Shown here: one piece after another, positions 11,201-26,240 of the stretch
Position numbering within the stretch: position 1 is the first letter of the stretch
Layout: each line of letters opens with the position of its first letter
NCBI GenBank assembly: GCA_051942205.1
Contig: JAVECO010000187.1
Coordinates: 1-43,991 of the forward strand
DNA: 43,991 nucleotides
Direction of reading: 5' to 3'
Source of the DNA: Coniocarpon cinnabarinum
Taxonomy: Eukaryota
The notes under the pieces: model-generated
Database searches by the model: none
What the model was told of the DNA's origin: nothing
What the model saw: the letters and a program-made list of their open reading frames with translations, nothing else
Program-made: the position numbers and the translations under genes

Positions 11201-13069
11201 TAGCTCTTAAGGGACTGTCAGAGGATGCTACCAGTCGCAAGCGGAGATCTGAAACATGGGGATCAAAGTCAAATCTGCATGAGTACCACCAGAGCCTTGC
11301 GACGTCTGAGTAACAATGACGGGAGCTAAGTCGCAGCGCGGTGTGGAACAACGCAACTATGTACGTAAATGTCTTGCTTGATACTGGAAATGACTCAACT
11401 GCTGCGTTGCCCGTTCAGACGTTCGAGATCTGAAACCTTTTCGCGATCGACAAAGAGGAGCTGCATATTCAATAAGCAGTCTGATGGATGTTCTGCCGCA
11501 AGCTTCAAGAACATGGAAATCATCATGGGCTTTATTGAGCGTGGGGTTTCGACCTTCATAGCTCCACTGGCAAGTGCTTAATCACCTGCTGAGATTGCTT
11601 GTATGGCGCCTTCTATTTTTAAACGTCTTGCTCTTCGAAGACCTCATTCGCGACTTTCACCTTTCCACTGCGCCCTCCGATGTAGCAAGCAACCACTTCT
11701 GTCAATACTTGTAAGCTCAGCAATGTCTTCAGACGACTTAGCGCTCACGAAAAAAACACTCGTTGTCCATACCTCCGCGAGAAGTGTCAACATGCGTGCC
11801 GTTTCCGTTGAGAGTCTTAAAAGAACGTATCTGGCTGCAGTCGTGTCCCGGGAAGTTGATGTGTCGTGGGTGATGCATCTGGAAAGTGTGTATCGAAAGA
11901 GAGGTAGTTATGTCGCGGCACGGAGCGCCAAGCTCTGAACATATCGATTCTCGATTGACCAACATGACCCCTTGGATGTGCAGGAGCAAGCCGCAAGCCG
12001 ATGGGTGCGCCGTTGTCGAAGATGTGAACGCTGTGTCTCCTGCGAGTAGCTCAGGGAGCTATTTGGCAATGGTGGCGATGACTTCGCCGAGAGGGAAGGC
12101 GTATCACCACGCTATGGGGATGTATGTGAAGCCAATAGCTTTGAGCGATGAAAGGGGTCAGATGACAGAAGTAGAGCTATGAAAAGAACATATTGACGTT
12201 GGCACGTGATTGTTGTCGTCGCGGGATGGTAGCTGTCAGCTGGACTGGCGTGTGGGGTAGAGGGATCATCGGGCACAGGCGCTTCGGTAACGGCGTTGGC
12301 CACAATTTGATAGACTCAACACGAGTGTCTGAATAATGCAAATAGCTCAATGATGTGAATGACAGCAGTTGTTCAGGGTCGGTCAATGCTATCCTGAGTT
12401 TTCGGGCGCTTGTAATAACATTCACGCTGGTGGGACTCGCGTTTTGATAAGGTTATAAGACCCAGTCGTTCATCCACGTGGTTCATGCATGCGTCCGAAG
12501 TAGATCAAACCGATCTAGAAAATCCCCATCATTCTTCAAAGACGCGTGTAGATTCCTTTCATTTCAATCTCAGGCACGCCCTGCGGTCTCGATTTTGATG
12601 CATCCTTGATACCGGCTGCATGACTTAAGGCATGAGGTGAGAAACTCTGCAAGGCTGTGAGCATTGTGTCAATCACCTTGGCTGTCACGATACCATACTC
12701 AGTGCTTCGGGCACCGCATAGAATTGGTCAGGCGTTCTCATGGGTCTCAGTGGATCTAAGTCATCACGGATTGTCATGCACCGGATCCACTAATAGCTGT
12801 GCGTTAGTAGCGCTGTTGGGATCTTGATACAACTCATCATTTCGAGGTAAGACTGTCCTGATAGTCGCGTCGTTCGCGACAGATGAATGGAAACGAGTCA
12901 ACAAGCACTGTAATATCTTGGAGTGCTCGGGTGCCAAAGCAACTGAACGTGGGAGGCTGGATGCTGTTGTCCACTAGATTCCTCCATTGCCCTCAAAGCC
13001 TGCATGCTGAGCCCCTGATCCCTGCTTGCATTGAGATTGAACGCGCTGTAGTGTATTCTCAACGTCCGT

Positions 13070-15077
13070 TCAGCTTGTAAGCAAACGCTGCCAAGCAATA
13101 CCAACTGGATCATTGTTACCAATAAAACAGTAAACGCAGCCATCCGAAAGCTGAGTGTTGATATGAGACCCAGAATCGTAGAACTGAATATCAGTATTTT
13201 GCATAACAGTAACGTCGTCACCGCATACCCACGAAGCCGTAGCGACAATGTACTTCCGATCTCGATAAGGGATATGCTCGAATACGTAGTAAGCCGTAAA
13301 GCCTCTTGTGCTGAGGTCGACGGACAGAATTGGTATCAGTCTGTCTGCTACATGTCCCACGGGACTGTAAGAGTGGTGACTATTCTTCGCGAGTTCGGAC
13401 CGCGCCCAGGCGCTCTCAGGCCGGTCGGCGATGATGCCGAGGATGTCCAGCGTCTTTGCGTAAGCAGTGGCGTTGTTCAGGCCCTCGACGCCGATCAGTT
13501 GCAGGGCGCTCGCGATCCAATCCTGCCACGCCGCGCTGTACGAGCAATGAGAGGCTAGGAATAGAAGTGCGGACAGGCTGACGTTTATGGATTCTCTGGG
13601 CACATAGAAACTCTGCTGTGGACCTTGGTCCATCAAGCCGCCCAGAATACCCGCCGTGATTCGAAGTAGCTCGTACAGATGGATGTAAGCTGAGAGCTCT
13701 GTGATGTGCTCTTGGTCCTGGTAGAGGGAACTCAACATGCGCATGACGCGGGTCATGTAGCAGTGATAGAGAGCAGCGGCCATGGCTGCATCGTGGGATT
13801 GGAAGGTTCTGCGGGCGGGCGGAATGGGCAGCTGTTGCAGGCTTTCGCGGTGGTTGACGTGGCGGTATTCATTCTCTTCAAAGATGGAGCCTTCGCCAGA
13901 CCTGGCAAATGTGAGGTCGGCCTTTGATCGCCAACGATTCAGCTTCTTGATCAGAGCATGCAGCTGATCCTGGGCTACGTCGGCCATCGTCCATCCACTG
14001 AACTGCTTCCAGATTGCAACGTAGAGAAAGTCGTCCTCCGAGACAATCGCCGTCAATGCCTCTTTTTCGCCAGCTACGGTATTGCTGCCGTGATACTCGT
14101 CCGACGCTATGGTGGCTACAGGGACAGCCGGCTCCATGGGCGCAACAAGTTGCGGCAGTAAGCTCTTCGCCATCAAGTCCAGGCGTCGGATAGGTGTCCG
14201 AAGCGCCTTGTCAGCAGAGATGTTCTGTATTATTTCTTGCGCTGCCAAGAATTGCATCTTTACCGTCTTGAGGTGGCTGAATGCAGCAGCTGCATCATGA
14301 CTAAAGCACTATCAAGGTCTAAGTTGAGTATACATGTGACAGGCACCCATGATACATGCAACTCACCTGATGAAGGGCCAAGAGAAGAAGGGTGGCGACC
14401 CGTGAGTCATCCGTCATGGCTGCGGAAGGGTCACTTAGCTCATCATAAATTGCGTCTTTGGCTCGAACATAGGAATCCACGGCGACCGCGTCCATCTCAT
14501 CTGCATTGACTTCACTTCCAGCCTGAGCATGAAGCAATGCTGCTTTGTGAACAGCTCCTACAGCCACTACTGCATCGAAGAGGACCTCATTTGACATGGA
14601 CATGGACAGAATACGATCGCGCCAGTACCAACGGACATCTTGATCAAAGAGGACCGTCACAGAACGAGAGAGATAATGGAAATAGGCCAGAACCACGGCC
14701 GCTCGCGCGTGTAGTCCTTGGTTAGGGAAGACGCTCAGTGTCAGAGGATCAGAAAGCTGTTCAAAGAATGTCGCCGAGGCCGCAGAGGCCGCAGGGGAGA
14801 ATAGAGGGTGCTCATGCCTGCTTGATGTCTGACTGCTGGATGACTTTGGGGAGAACGTTTTCGATGCCTCGACACCATTTTCCGAAACAGTTTGGTCACC
14901 AGCATACGATGCCACGACATTTTTGGGAGGCTGGTACCCCAAACATATCATATTCGCCTTTTGGCATCGCTGGCATGTTGGCTTGGCCTGGTCGCACTTC
15001 AGATGCCGGTGCCGGCAAGTTAGACATCCCGTCCTTGCCCTGGTCTTCTTCTCCCTTTGCTCGTCAAGCGCGGCCAT
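13070..15077 (-). CDS. Zn(II)2Cys6 fungal transcription factor; exons 15077-14367, 14308-13070
   Basis: [34 protein letters not shown] binuclear cluster. Intron 14366-14309 (GTGAGT..TAG, phase 0) joins the 395-aa downstream ORF. Confidence 0.9.
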
Positions 15078-15748
15078 TGTCTGTTCTCCGTACTCACGAT
15101 TTTGCTGTTACTTGGGACTTTCAATACGACCGTCGGACTCAATATAAGGATTGACCCTCTTAAAATAAGCAGGGAGTCCATCGTCTCTGAACAGCGATGG
15201 GCCAATAAGAATGAAGCTTACTGTATCGAGAAATCTGTGATACTATTTTTAGGGCCTAGACCCAACGTTACAGGTCAATCCTTCAGTGCCGTGAACGCTC
15301 ACCGAAGGCACTTGCAGATGCAAGCGAGATCTCAAGCCGTTGGCGTTTTTCGACACTTTTGAGCGGTACGATAGCGTCATGAACGAGATATGAGGGTAGT
15401 ATGAGGCGGTGAAGCGAAGCGAAGCCACCCAAATGGCCAGCGTCTAAGGCTGTCTATCGCAGAGGCTTCTCTCAGTGCCTGCATCATTGCAGGACGTTGC
15501 AGAAAAGACTCCAAAAATTTCGCGTCCAGCCAATTATGACACGGAGTTGGGAAATGCGAAAGTCGAGCGAGTCGTTAATCAACTACACTCCTTCGAAGCA
15601 GGAGAAACATTGCGTCATTGATACCAATGGAGTCCCAAAATATATATGTGCAGAATCGAAAAATTATCAAGCCGCTGACATGGCTTCTGCAGGAGCGCGT
15701 GTCGAACATACCACATTACATGACGCATCACATCATCAATCAATGGCA

Positions 15749-16999
15749 TCAAGACAATCCACATGCGCCCGACGTCCCATCGAGCACGTCTCTCACCACC
15801 TGGTCATAGTAGCACGTTCCACCCTCTGCATTCTTGTACTCATCACTCCACGCCGCACTCCACAGCATAACGCCTCCAAACGTGCTGTTGCCTTCTGTCT
15901 GCTGAACCAAAGTCTGGAGATCGTTCGGCTGCAAGAAGTATTTGGCACCGGTCTCATATCCATTTGCACCAAGAGGCGAAGCCGGCAGTCCCAAGAACAG
16001 CTTGGCATCCTTGCTCGGGCCGTTGGCGAGGTATGTGGGCCAGTCGTTGTAGTTGAATGTCCCGCTGCCGGGTGCGGCGGAACAGTAGTTGTTGTAGAAT
16101 TGAATGAAAAGGTAGTCAAAGGTCGCGCCGTTGATCATGCTGCCCATGTTGGGCTCGGGCACCGGACACTGTGGCGCGCCGGTAATGTAGTATTGTTTGC
16201 TGCTGTCTTGAGAGAAGTATGTGCGGAGTTGCGTGATCATGGCAGCGTAGTGAGTGTTGCCGGAGCCGTCGGTAGCCTGCGGTCGTCAAGTTAGCGTTGA
16301 GCTGACCTTGACAGAACCAGTATTGTAGTGTATCATTTGGTAAAGTGAAATATGTTGCAAGTGAGTGCAGGTAAGACATACCTCTATATCCATATCGAAG
16401 CCATCAACAATGACATCCTGGCCAAAGGGTCTCACCACAGAAGAGTCGGTGCCGGCACCGAACATACTCCAGAGCGTGCCGGCAAAGTCTGTGGCATCAC
16501 TGTCGCTCGTGAATCCATAGATGCCGATCGCGCCGCCCAGAGACACAATAATCTTCACGCCATTGCTTTGGCATGTCTTAATATCTTGTCCGATGGCTGC
16601 ACAGCCGCTCGTGTCCCCTTGACTGCACGTCTGGCCGAAGCTGTATTGCAACGGGTTGTTGCTTCCAAAGGAGGATACGAATGCAAGCACAACGATGTTG
16701 TTGCCCTCGTTGCAGTAGTCGGCAAGAGATGTTCGCTCAACTCCAGTGCCTCCATTCTGTCCCCAGTAAATGACTTCTTGATACGACCCAGCAGCGGCTG
16801 CATTTGAAGATTGTGTCATAGGCGCAGTAGTTGCCGTAGGAGCCGTCGTAGCGCTAGTCTGTTGGACACTGCTGGCAGAGAGGACAGTAGTTGGCAACGG
16901 GCCCTGAACGGCACTGGGAGATGCCTGCTGTTGAGGAATAGCGATGGCTAAGGCACACGCCAGAGTGGCTGCTGCGGTAGAGAGTTGATGAAAATACAT
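15749..16999 (-). CDS. secreted GH18 class III (Cts1-like) chitinase; exons 16999-16382, 16276-15749
   Basis: Signal peptide, YWGQN, SLGGA, catalytic DGFDMDIE (DxxDxDxE), GAPQCPVP, FIQFYNNYC, FGGVMLW. Intron 16381-16277 GTATGT..GCTAAC..CAG. Confidence 0.93.
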
Positions 17000-18523
17000 G
17001 ATCGAGTACGCAATCAAGCGTCTATTGTGAAGAACAATATCCAAATTCTGTAACGAGCGACTTGGCCGTCCGACCGAAGTAATAGGAGAGAATGGAAAAG
17101 AATGAATTGGTTACGAAATGCCGTGCTGCTCTTCAGAACAAGACGAGGTGTCAGGAATGATGAAAAGAACGAGTGGACGAGCAAAGCGATTCAATGAATG
17201 ACTATTTCTTAGCAAGCTCTGATGCTGAACAACCTCAAACTCGAGGACGATGTGTGCGCCTTTTCAATCTATCGTGGCGAAGACCAGACTGCTCACTCGA
17301 AGCCAACATCTGGCCTCCTGAAGCTACGGTAGCACTCTGCGCTCAAGCATCAATTGCACGGGATGCAGAATCGACTTGATCCATCCCATTTGCGTCTGTC
17401 TGCAGCCGCCGAGCTGAGCGCGTAATCACCTCGCTATCTGCCATCAAAAGGGGTCGACGCATAGGGAGAACGCTAGGGCCGTTGCGATTCATTGGAGTAC
17501 AACCTGGAAGCAAAGTTACGGCGTATTCTCGTTGACGTTGAGCGTTTACGCCACAAGAGAGCTTATCATTTTGCTAGCAGCAGACGGCATCGGCCCAGAT
17601 GCTACGGGCCTGCCCTAAGAGGGCCGAGCCGAGATCTGCAATGATTCTATTGAAGGCGGAGAGAAATTGTTGGAACAGTGGAAAAAGGGGAACTTCATTG
17701 GAGGAACCGGAAAGCAAACACTCATTTAGCCTCAAGCCAAACGGAGGGCAAACCGAGTTGGTAATTTTACAACAAGACAGAAAGTTTCCATGGGGACTCG
17801 ACCACAGGGACGGCACTGTTTGGAGGGTATGTCACTGAATGCGGGTGTAGCATTAGACCCCTACTTCCAGGCATTGAAATGAGCTTAGCCAATGAGAGGG
17901 CCAGGACCATGCTCTCACATCTTTTGCGTATTCCTGCAGGAACAGAAGGGCAAGGAAGGAAAGGAGAGGATTGGAGATAGGGCGGAGCGATTGTCGTCCA
18001 ACGCAGCATGCAGGTGAATGAGGAAAAGGACCAGGCAGGGTGACCGAATAGCGGGTAGATTTCTCGTCACGTGAGACTCCTGGATGATAACGCAAGTCGC
18101 AATCTCTACTCACGTGCATGTTTCACCAAGCTGACTCGTATACGCAGGCCAGCGTTACACCCGCCATCGAGTCCCAGGATCCTGACTTCTCCACCACCAC
18201 GGCGATAGTCACTACACTTGGGATAGCTTGGCAGCGATGGGGGCAGAGGGCGTCAACAGCACGGTGACAATGCATCGACAGCGCCACCATCACCAATGAT
18301 CGCCTGACACAAGGCGATAGCACCAACAATTGCATTGCGGGGCTGGCTCGGTCGGCGTATAAGATCCATGTGGAGGGTTGCAATCACGCGCGCGCAGTCT
18401 CGGTGTCTACATTCTTCAGAAGAATGCGTTGTGATGATTGTGAACAGTTCTCGAAGCTAGAACACAATTCGCTTTGACGCCATTCATGCCAGCCCTCTCC
18501 ATGTCGACCCTCGTGACTAACCC

Positions 18524-19013
18524 TTACGAGCAGGAGCTGCTCCCGGCGATGAAGGCGCCGTCCGAGTCCTCGCAGCCGCAGGTGCCATCGTCAGGGCTTT
18601 TGATGCAGCCGGCACCCTCCCCGGACTGCGCACCAGCGTTGCTCCAGAAGAAGGTCCACGTGTCGCTGTCGCTCTTCATTGCCGTGCCGGGCGCGCAGGT
18701 GTACGCCTCGCACGTGCCGTATGGGGCGCCGTGGCTGCTATCGTGCGAATGGTCCACAGTGAAGATGGCGAAGGTCTGAGTGCCAGACACACGCGTGTTG
18801 TGGCTGCACTCGGCGGCCTGGATGTCCTTGGAGACCTTGGTGGCTGCATGGGCATTAGTCTTAACGATTCAGCCGTCAAGAGGACAAAGGTGACATACCT
18901 GAGCAGCCCGGGCTGCTAGGGTATTTCCCCTTGGTGTTCGAGGTAGCTGGGTCGAGCGTGGCGGTCGCGGCCGCGGCGAGAGTGAGGACTGTAATGATGG
19001 ACTTGGCAATCAT
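18524..19013 (-). CDS. small secreted cysteine-rich protein; exons 19013-18899, 18843-18524
   Basis: Signal peptide MIAKSIITVLTLAAAATA, intron 18898-18844 (GTATGT..ACTAAT..CAG), 8 Cys in the mature chain, strong codon bias. Confidence 0.88.
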
Positions 19014-19980
19014 TGCAAAATTCGGTAACGACTGTTGTGTGAATGAGTGTGGTGAATAGTGTCTGAGGGCTTGAGAAGGTAGGCCATCTGCCTTCTTATA
19101 CGGTATCTGAACAGTCTCGACTTTCGTCTCCTCATGCACATCTCCCGAAAGATGGGGTCAGGAGGACTGAATCTCGGAAGTACGCGTGGCTTGTCATGCT
19201 TGAAACGTGTTCGGAGATTATCCGTTTCACTAATCGACGTTTCACGGCATGGGTGACCAGGAGCACAGCTGTCGCAGGTGAAGCCAAAACCAGATCCAAA
19301 TCTGACGCTTTAATGAGCGTGTTTCTTCTCATGGGTTGCCTTGCATCATTGTCGAGCAGTCATCAACCCCAGCGCGCCCCCTTTCGCAGATTCGTTTGCG
19401 CTGCAGGCGTAACAAGGGCTCAGCAGGCATCTCAAAGGTGAGCATGACAACCTTTCCAAACGCGCTCGAAGGACACTGTCAATCCCCAGCACTTGCATCA
19501 GCTGGCGATTAGTCACGAATGGCGATTCGGCCTCGACCGCAATAAGCAATAGCCTCACAATCCGAGACTCATGTCGAGATAAGAGGCTGAGGTTACAAAT
19601 GTTCACTGCAAGCAGTGGATGCTCTTAGGTGAAAGCGGCTACAGACAAGATAATGGTGGACGGACTGCGCGCGGACGAGCACGCATGCGCGTCAATGTAT
19701 GCTGAATGTCTTGCACCCAAGTGAGGCCCAAGCGTGAACGACTCTTGATTACGCTTCTGCTTTGGCAGATACAACTACATGCCCTTTACGAAAGCCGCCT
19801 CAACAGGCTGAACAAGTGACCAATCGATATGGACGTGTTTGATTAGGCTATGTGGGAATTTACACTTTTGTGGTCTCTGCGATTTTGCCGAAAGCCATGG
19901 CTACCCCCGTTTTGAAGTCACTGAACAGTAATAGGATTCTAGGAATGCTCCATGACATCTCCCCATGCGCCGCACGCTCT

Positions 19981-20964
19981 TTAGTGGGCAATGATGAACA
20001 GGCCGACAGGGCAGGGGTTGTAGTCTTCAAACAGGTTCAGGTTGTAAGTGCCCGTGCTCGCGAGAGTGTAAGCAACAGTCTCGCCAGCCTTGCATGCACA
20101 AGACTCAACCACGGTCTTTGAGTTTGGAGAAGGCATGAAGGTGCTGCTTATGCCTGCCCCTCCAGTGAGTGCGATGGCGCCAGATCCACCTTCGGCGTAT
20201 TCGGATGTCTCCATTGTACCATGATCTGGTAGAGCGAAAACGGTGGAGCAAGTCTTGCCAGCGTACCCAGCTGGAATTCCAAACTTCACATTGGTCGAGA
20301 TAGATGGGCCAACGGTGATGTTGTAGCATGTTTGACCATTGACCAAGATCGAATAGGGTGCCTGATAGTCCCCAGCGAGGTCCAAGGGGCATTTCCCCGT
20401 AGGTTTTGGTGGAGGGGCCAGAGACGTTGAGACGGAAGTCGGATAGCTGTGTTTGGGGGGTGGTGGTGGAACCATGTGAGTTGTACCGGGGACTGAGGAT
20501 GTTGACTTTGAATAGGTCGAGATCATTGCCGATGACGTGGTCGAGCAGCTCGTCGTTGCAACAGCATGTGTTGTCTCGGCAGTCGTCTTCTGAGCACACG
20601 TCAGCTTTTGTCAGTAGTACAATAGGTCGGCGCAAATCTGCCTGGCTAGGGTGAGGTGGAGCAACAGGCGGATAGTGTGACGAGCTAATCGTCGACGTCT
20701 TCACTGTGCTCGGTGGAGGCAATGAAGGTGGAGGATGCGGCGGGCCGACAGTGCTCTTGGGTGCTTGTCTAGCAAGCTTGGTCAGCGGTGTTCCGGTCAC
20801 AGTAAGTATATTTGTGTATGGATCACTCACGGCTGACCATCGCCAATCTGTGTGATGAGGTTGCTAATGCTAGTTGCGTACACATCAGGAATGGGAGGGT
20901 TCGCCAACGCTGCCGGCACAGCAAAAGCTCCATTTAGAAAGAGTCCACAGAGAGCGGCCTTCAT
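19981..20964 (-). CDS. secreted cell-wall protein with one PIR repeat, a Pro/Ser/Thr linker and a But2-like C-terminal domain
   Basis: Signal peptide MKAALCGLFLNGAFAVPAALA. QIGDGQPQA is formed across intron 20830-20769. The C-terminus CPLDLAGDYQAP..F.IP..AGKTCS..F.LP..FEDYNPCPVGLFI resembles the But2 domain. The second intron boundary is uncertain (about 20641-20590). Confidence 0.82.
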
Positions 20965-21441
20965 GTTGCTAATGGATTTAATGATTTATGTTGGACTGGA
21001 GGAATCGGATACACGAAAACAATGATACCAAGCGAGCAACGTAAACAAAGACAATGGAAGAGGCCGATGGAAGAAAAAGTCAAGGAGAAGCGAAAGTTGG
21101 CGCGCAGGCCAGTTTGAAATACCGGTTGCTATGGCAGACACTGCTGGCAAAAGAAGCTGAGGTGCAGCGTACCTTCCAATAGGCGGAATCTCAAGCTGCT
21201 CCTGCTGGTTTTGGCAGTCGCACTGCGAGCACATCTTGAAGTACCGTCAACGGGAGGATGGGAGCTGCTTCCAGAACTTGATAAACCAGGCGCGAAAGCT
21301 GCTACGTACAAATTTTTGCAACATCTAGACTCATTGTTCAACACATCCAAATTCCGCACAGCTTCCGTGCTGCCTTTTGCAAAGCGCGGAGGATTATATT
21401 TGCGCATGTGCAAATTTTGTGGACCGAATTGTATGGAGAGT

Positions 21442-24268
21442 TTACTTGGCGCTTGCCCACTCTCTCATAGACCGACCACCATCTGGCCCATTTGTATGCA
21501 CTGCTCCATTTTCGCTAGCGTAAGGCCTTCGAACATGCGATCGTGTTGTTGGGGAGCCAATTCCAAAGTCCGCAAGATCTTCGATTTCTAGACCGTACGC
21601 ATCCCGGCCGGTGGGCGCACTTCGTGTCAGGTATTCGTTCTCCCTAACAAAGTCTCTGTGGTCCGCCGGGGTGGATACTGCAGTTTTGGCGGCACGTGTA
21701 GGACTCAGTGCTCTCTTCATGGCCGCCATACCCTTCGATGCCAAGGATTTGGAGGGGCTTTGTGTGCGCGAAGTGGATGCAGTGGCCGAGTGTCGAGAGC
21801 TTGGAGTACGGGCAAAAACTTCGTCAGCGGTAGCTACACGGTTTGTTGTACCGTTTGAAGCTTTGCGCTCAATTGTTTGAATAGCATTGCGCACGCTGGA
21901 CGCGTTGGAAGCAGTGCGCACATTTTGCGGAGGTCCTTGAAAGATGGCACTATTAACGCTTGAGCGGTGTCTCGTTGGAGTGAGCTCGATAGAATTCGTA
22001 GCATTCGATGAGCTTCGGCCACGTCGACCACGCCTTCGACGCGGTGAATCGTATGTCGTGGCAGACAGTATCGTTTGCTTTCCGTCTGAGCTTCCCGATC
22101 CATGACGTGAGTGCTTGCTGTCGCGACGTGCCGGGGACACCTCTCCGCGGTTGCTCGGCACAGGAGACGCGTCGCGGATGGTGGTCAGATGAGCAGGAAA
22201 GCTTGAAGGTGGGCCATGGCCGCTGCGTCGAGGACTCGTCTTTCCATCATTGGTGTGGCTGCTCGTACTGCTGCTCGTGAAGGGAGGGATGTTTACTGAG
22301 AATGACGGCGTGCGAACGAGCAAGTCCTTGAGGGTGCAGAAGTCCTGTACGAGCGCTTTCACGTCCTTGTGCATGCCATCTATTCGGTTTTCCAACTTAT
22401 CGAAGCGAGACATGTGTGCGTTATCGTTGCGCGTGACGTCTCCTTTCAATTCGAACAGCTCGCGTCGCTGAGTGTCGAGCTTAGACTCGATTGCTTTCAT
22501 GAAACCAGTATCAGGGAAAAAGGTCGGCGTGTTACTAAGCGAACGCCAAGGCTGGTTTGAAGCCATTCGAGCGCTGCGAGGGGTTGTCGTGGCGTGCGAA
22601 AGAGGTGCCTGGGGTGATTTTGGAGGGTGGCGCTGTATGGGTGGCTGCCTCGGTGTATCGTCTGGAGGTGTTGCCGGCGTCTCTTGGTCAGCTTGGTAAT
22701 CCTCTATGTCGGTGACAGGCGAGAGCTCCTTTGGGTTCGGCTGACTTGAGACAACCTGATCATTTCCCACATTTGAGTTGTTGAAAACGGGCTGCTCAGG
22801 TCTACTAAGCAAGGTCAAGGTGTCATGGGGATCTCTTGTTAGTGTACGAGGCAGAAGTGGCTGCTGATTGAAGTGAAGAGGCGATGGTGCAAGCTAAATC
22901 TGGTCAGCTTTCGGACTCGAGCAATCTCGTATGTTAATGTTGACATTGACTTACGCTGGGATGAAACGTCGACGCAGAATCGTCCTGAGCTAGGCTGTTT
23001 TCATTCCGAAACACTATAGGCCAATGAATCTCCGGTGTGCCCTCGGTCGAGGTGGTACTACCGTTGTCGCCGTTCTGGTCTTCATTGCGGACACTCTCAG
23101 TGTGCTGGCTTGTGTCATTTGAGTTTGAGGTAGTGTCGTGAAGAGAACCGCAAATAGATAGTGCGTTCTGTGAGTCGCTTAAAGGAAACCTCGAGGGCTG
23201 CTTGGCCGCACCAGATCGAACCCGGATGTCTGTGTCTCGGTCTGTGTTGAACTCACGCTCTGATTCGTCCGGTGCTTGAAAGCCAAAGACTGGGTGGCCT
23301 GCATGCTGTCGATCGGCTTCGCCAATTCTCTGATGTACTCTTCGCAAAGGACTTCTGGGAGGCTCAACCCTCTCCGTGACGTCGACTGCCTTTGTTGCCA
23401 CAACACTCTCTGGCTGCGTCGCGTTCGTTTTCGAGGCGATGCGGTCATTGAGAACAAGAAGGCGGGGATCAGAATTCTCTCGCATCATCCTTGGACTGTA
23501 CTCCGCCTGGTTCTGACGGACCTTTTTCACATTTAGCTCATCATTAGCGAATGGGGGATTGGGCTCCGGAAGGTTCAAGGCCCCAAAGTTCGGTAGCGAG
23601 GGTTGTCGTTGAGCGCTGGACTCGTTTTCGGTTGACGTCCCCAAAAAACGAGCTGCTTTGTGAGGCATATCCTTTTTGGGGGCTGCTACAAGCTGTTCCT
23701 GACTTGAGTATTTGTAGCCAGCCGGATACGATGGCTTGATCGGAAATGCACGAATGCGCTCGAGGAATCGGCGCTTAGGAGTTGTATCCGCTTGTGCTTG
23801 TCGATCCCGGACGCTGGTCTCGGAGCTAACAGCTCTAAGCCTGGGATTGTTCTCCTCTACTTTTGCAAGCTTCAGATCTAGACGAGGTGGCGGTCTTGCA
23901 CGCTGATGAGCGTTCTGAGCGCGCCAGGTCGTAGCAGATTCATTAATGGGTTCGAGCCATCTTTGATCTTTCACTGTCTGGTGAGAGGGAAATTCCTGTA
24001 CTTTCTCGACCAGACGGGTGGCTGGATGAGGTGGCAGCTCTTTATCGCTGTTCACCTGATTAGATGGGCCAGATCTTGTCGACGAGCCAGGAGGAGGATC
24101 ATGATATGCTGATTGCGGCATGGTGTTTGCACTGTAGATCGAAGGTGAGTACACGTAATGAACCGGGCTTTGTTGAGGCGATTGTTGCGAATTGCTCTGC
24201 AGCGGGTTTCGCTTCGCAAATGCATTGGGGCCTGGTGTTATCCTGGGGCTGGGAAGTGGGAAAGGCAT
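21442..24268 (-). CDS. large low-complexity/disordered hypothetical protein with a short coiled coil; exons 24268-22955, 22893-21442
   Basis: Two long ORFs (489 and 458 aa) joined in frame by intron 22954-22894 (GTAAGT..GCTGAC..TAG). S/P/R-rich, with heptad-like segment FDKLENRIDGMHKDVKAL. Confidence 0.8.
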
Positions 24269-24628
24269 GACTCTGGACGCAGTGATGGTGGTTTTTGGAC
24301 CAAGCTGACCATGTGAAAACGAGTTAAACTTGATTCCAGACGTCCACGCCGTTGAGTCGGGGGAAACAAGACCATGTTGTCGCGAGAACGCGTCGTGGCC
24401 CACAGGATGCTATCGACGCGTCAGAAATCAAAAGATTGCCTACCACCTACCGGAACTCATCTCCGCGAAATAAAGCAACCACAAAACGCGAAGTTCATCA
24501 TTTCACTTGCCATTAGGTGTCTGCTATCTGTTCTTCACCTTTTGGTGAATTCCGTTCTAATGGCTGACTCGGATTCAAAACTGGCCTCCAAGCTGGTTTT
24601 GGCCTGGCTCCTCTTCCTTCCATGCCAT

Positions 24629-25495
<867 letters not shown>

Positions 25496-26240
25496 TGCGA
25501 CCTCGTCTTGTGTCTCGACTCAAGATTCTTCTTTGCGCCCGCTGTTCTCAGCATAAAAGATCCAAGATGTTGAGTTGAAGCAGTCCCGCGATGAGAGGTT
25601 CGACGAGAAAGTGGCAGAGACGAAGAGTGGGAGTGAAGAGAAAGGTAGTTGTGCGTGCAAGAAGGTGTCTGTTGTTACGTCAGCAGGTTCCCACTCTGTG
25701 AGTGCTTGCCAGTAGGGCTGCACACCTTTCATTCAAGGTGCCTGACAGGCAGTCGGGACACGATAGACCAGCAGAGCGGCGCCAGCATTTGTGATGAATT
25801 CTCCTAAGGACAAAGCAGTCAAGCGACGGCTTGCACCGCGCCCAGGCACCGTCCCACCGGTGACAAGCCCAGATACAAGCCTTTCCCAGGGACAAGTACA
25901 GTATTAGACCTGGGAGGACAGCAGGAAAGGCGTGTAAGAGCTATGGTGTAAGAGCAGTTGCGTTTAGAAGAGTGAGAGTTCGATGCTGAAAGCTCGACGA
26001 AGTTGGCGCGTTACCCTGGAATTGGCTGAAAAGGGAATAGCGTCCAGATTGCCGACACGCCGACCACCTTGAAGATCCTACCTATGATGCGAACACCACA
26101 AAGACATGAAGGACAACGCTCGCCAGATTCTCACCAACAGATACGATTCTGTGCATACATATTGTTCAAAACTACGCAAAATGAGAGCGAGGGCTGTGGG
26201 TGCCAACGACATTCGCTGAGGTGGGGGCGATGTGCAGAAA

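Noticed and set aside
11369..12490. Fragmented ORFs, possible decayed gene
   Set aside because: No recognisable domain or consistent splice path; cannot be supported without BLASTX.
18517..18526. CTAACCCT telomere-like / telomerase-template-like sequence
   Set aside because: Single unit next to a stop codon, with no tandem array or supporting structure.
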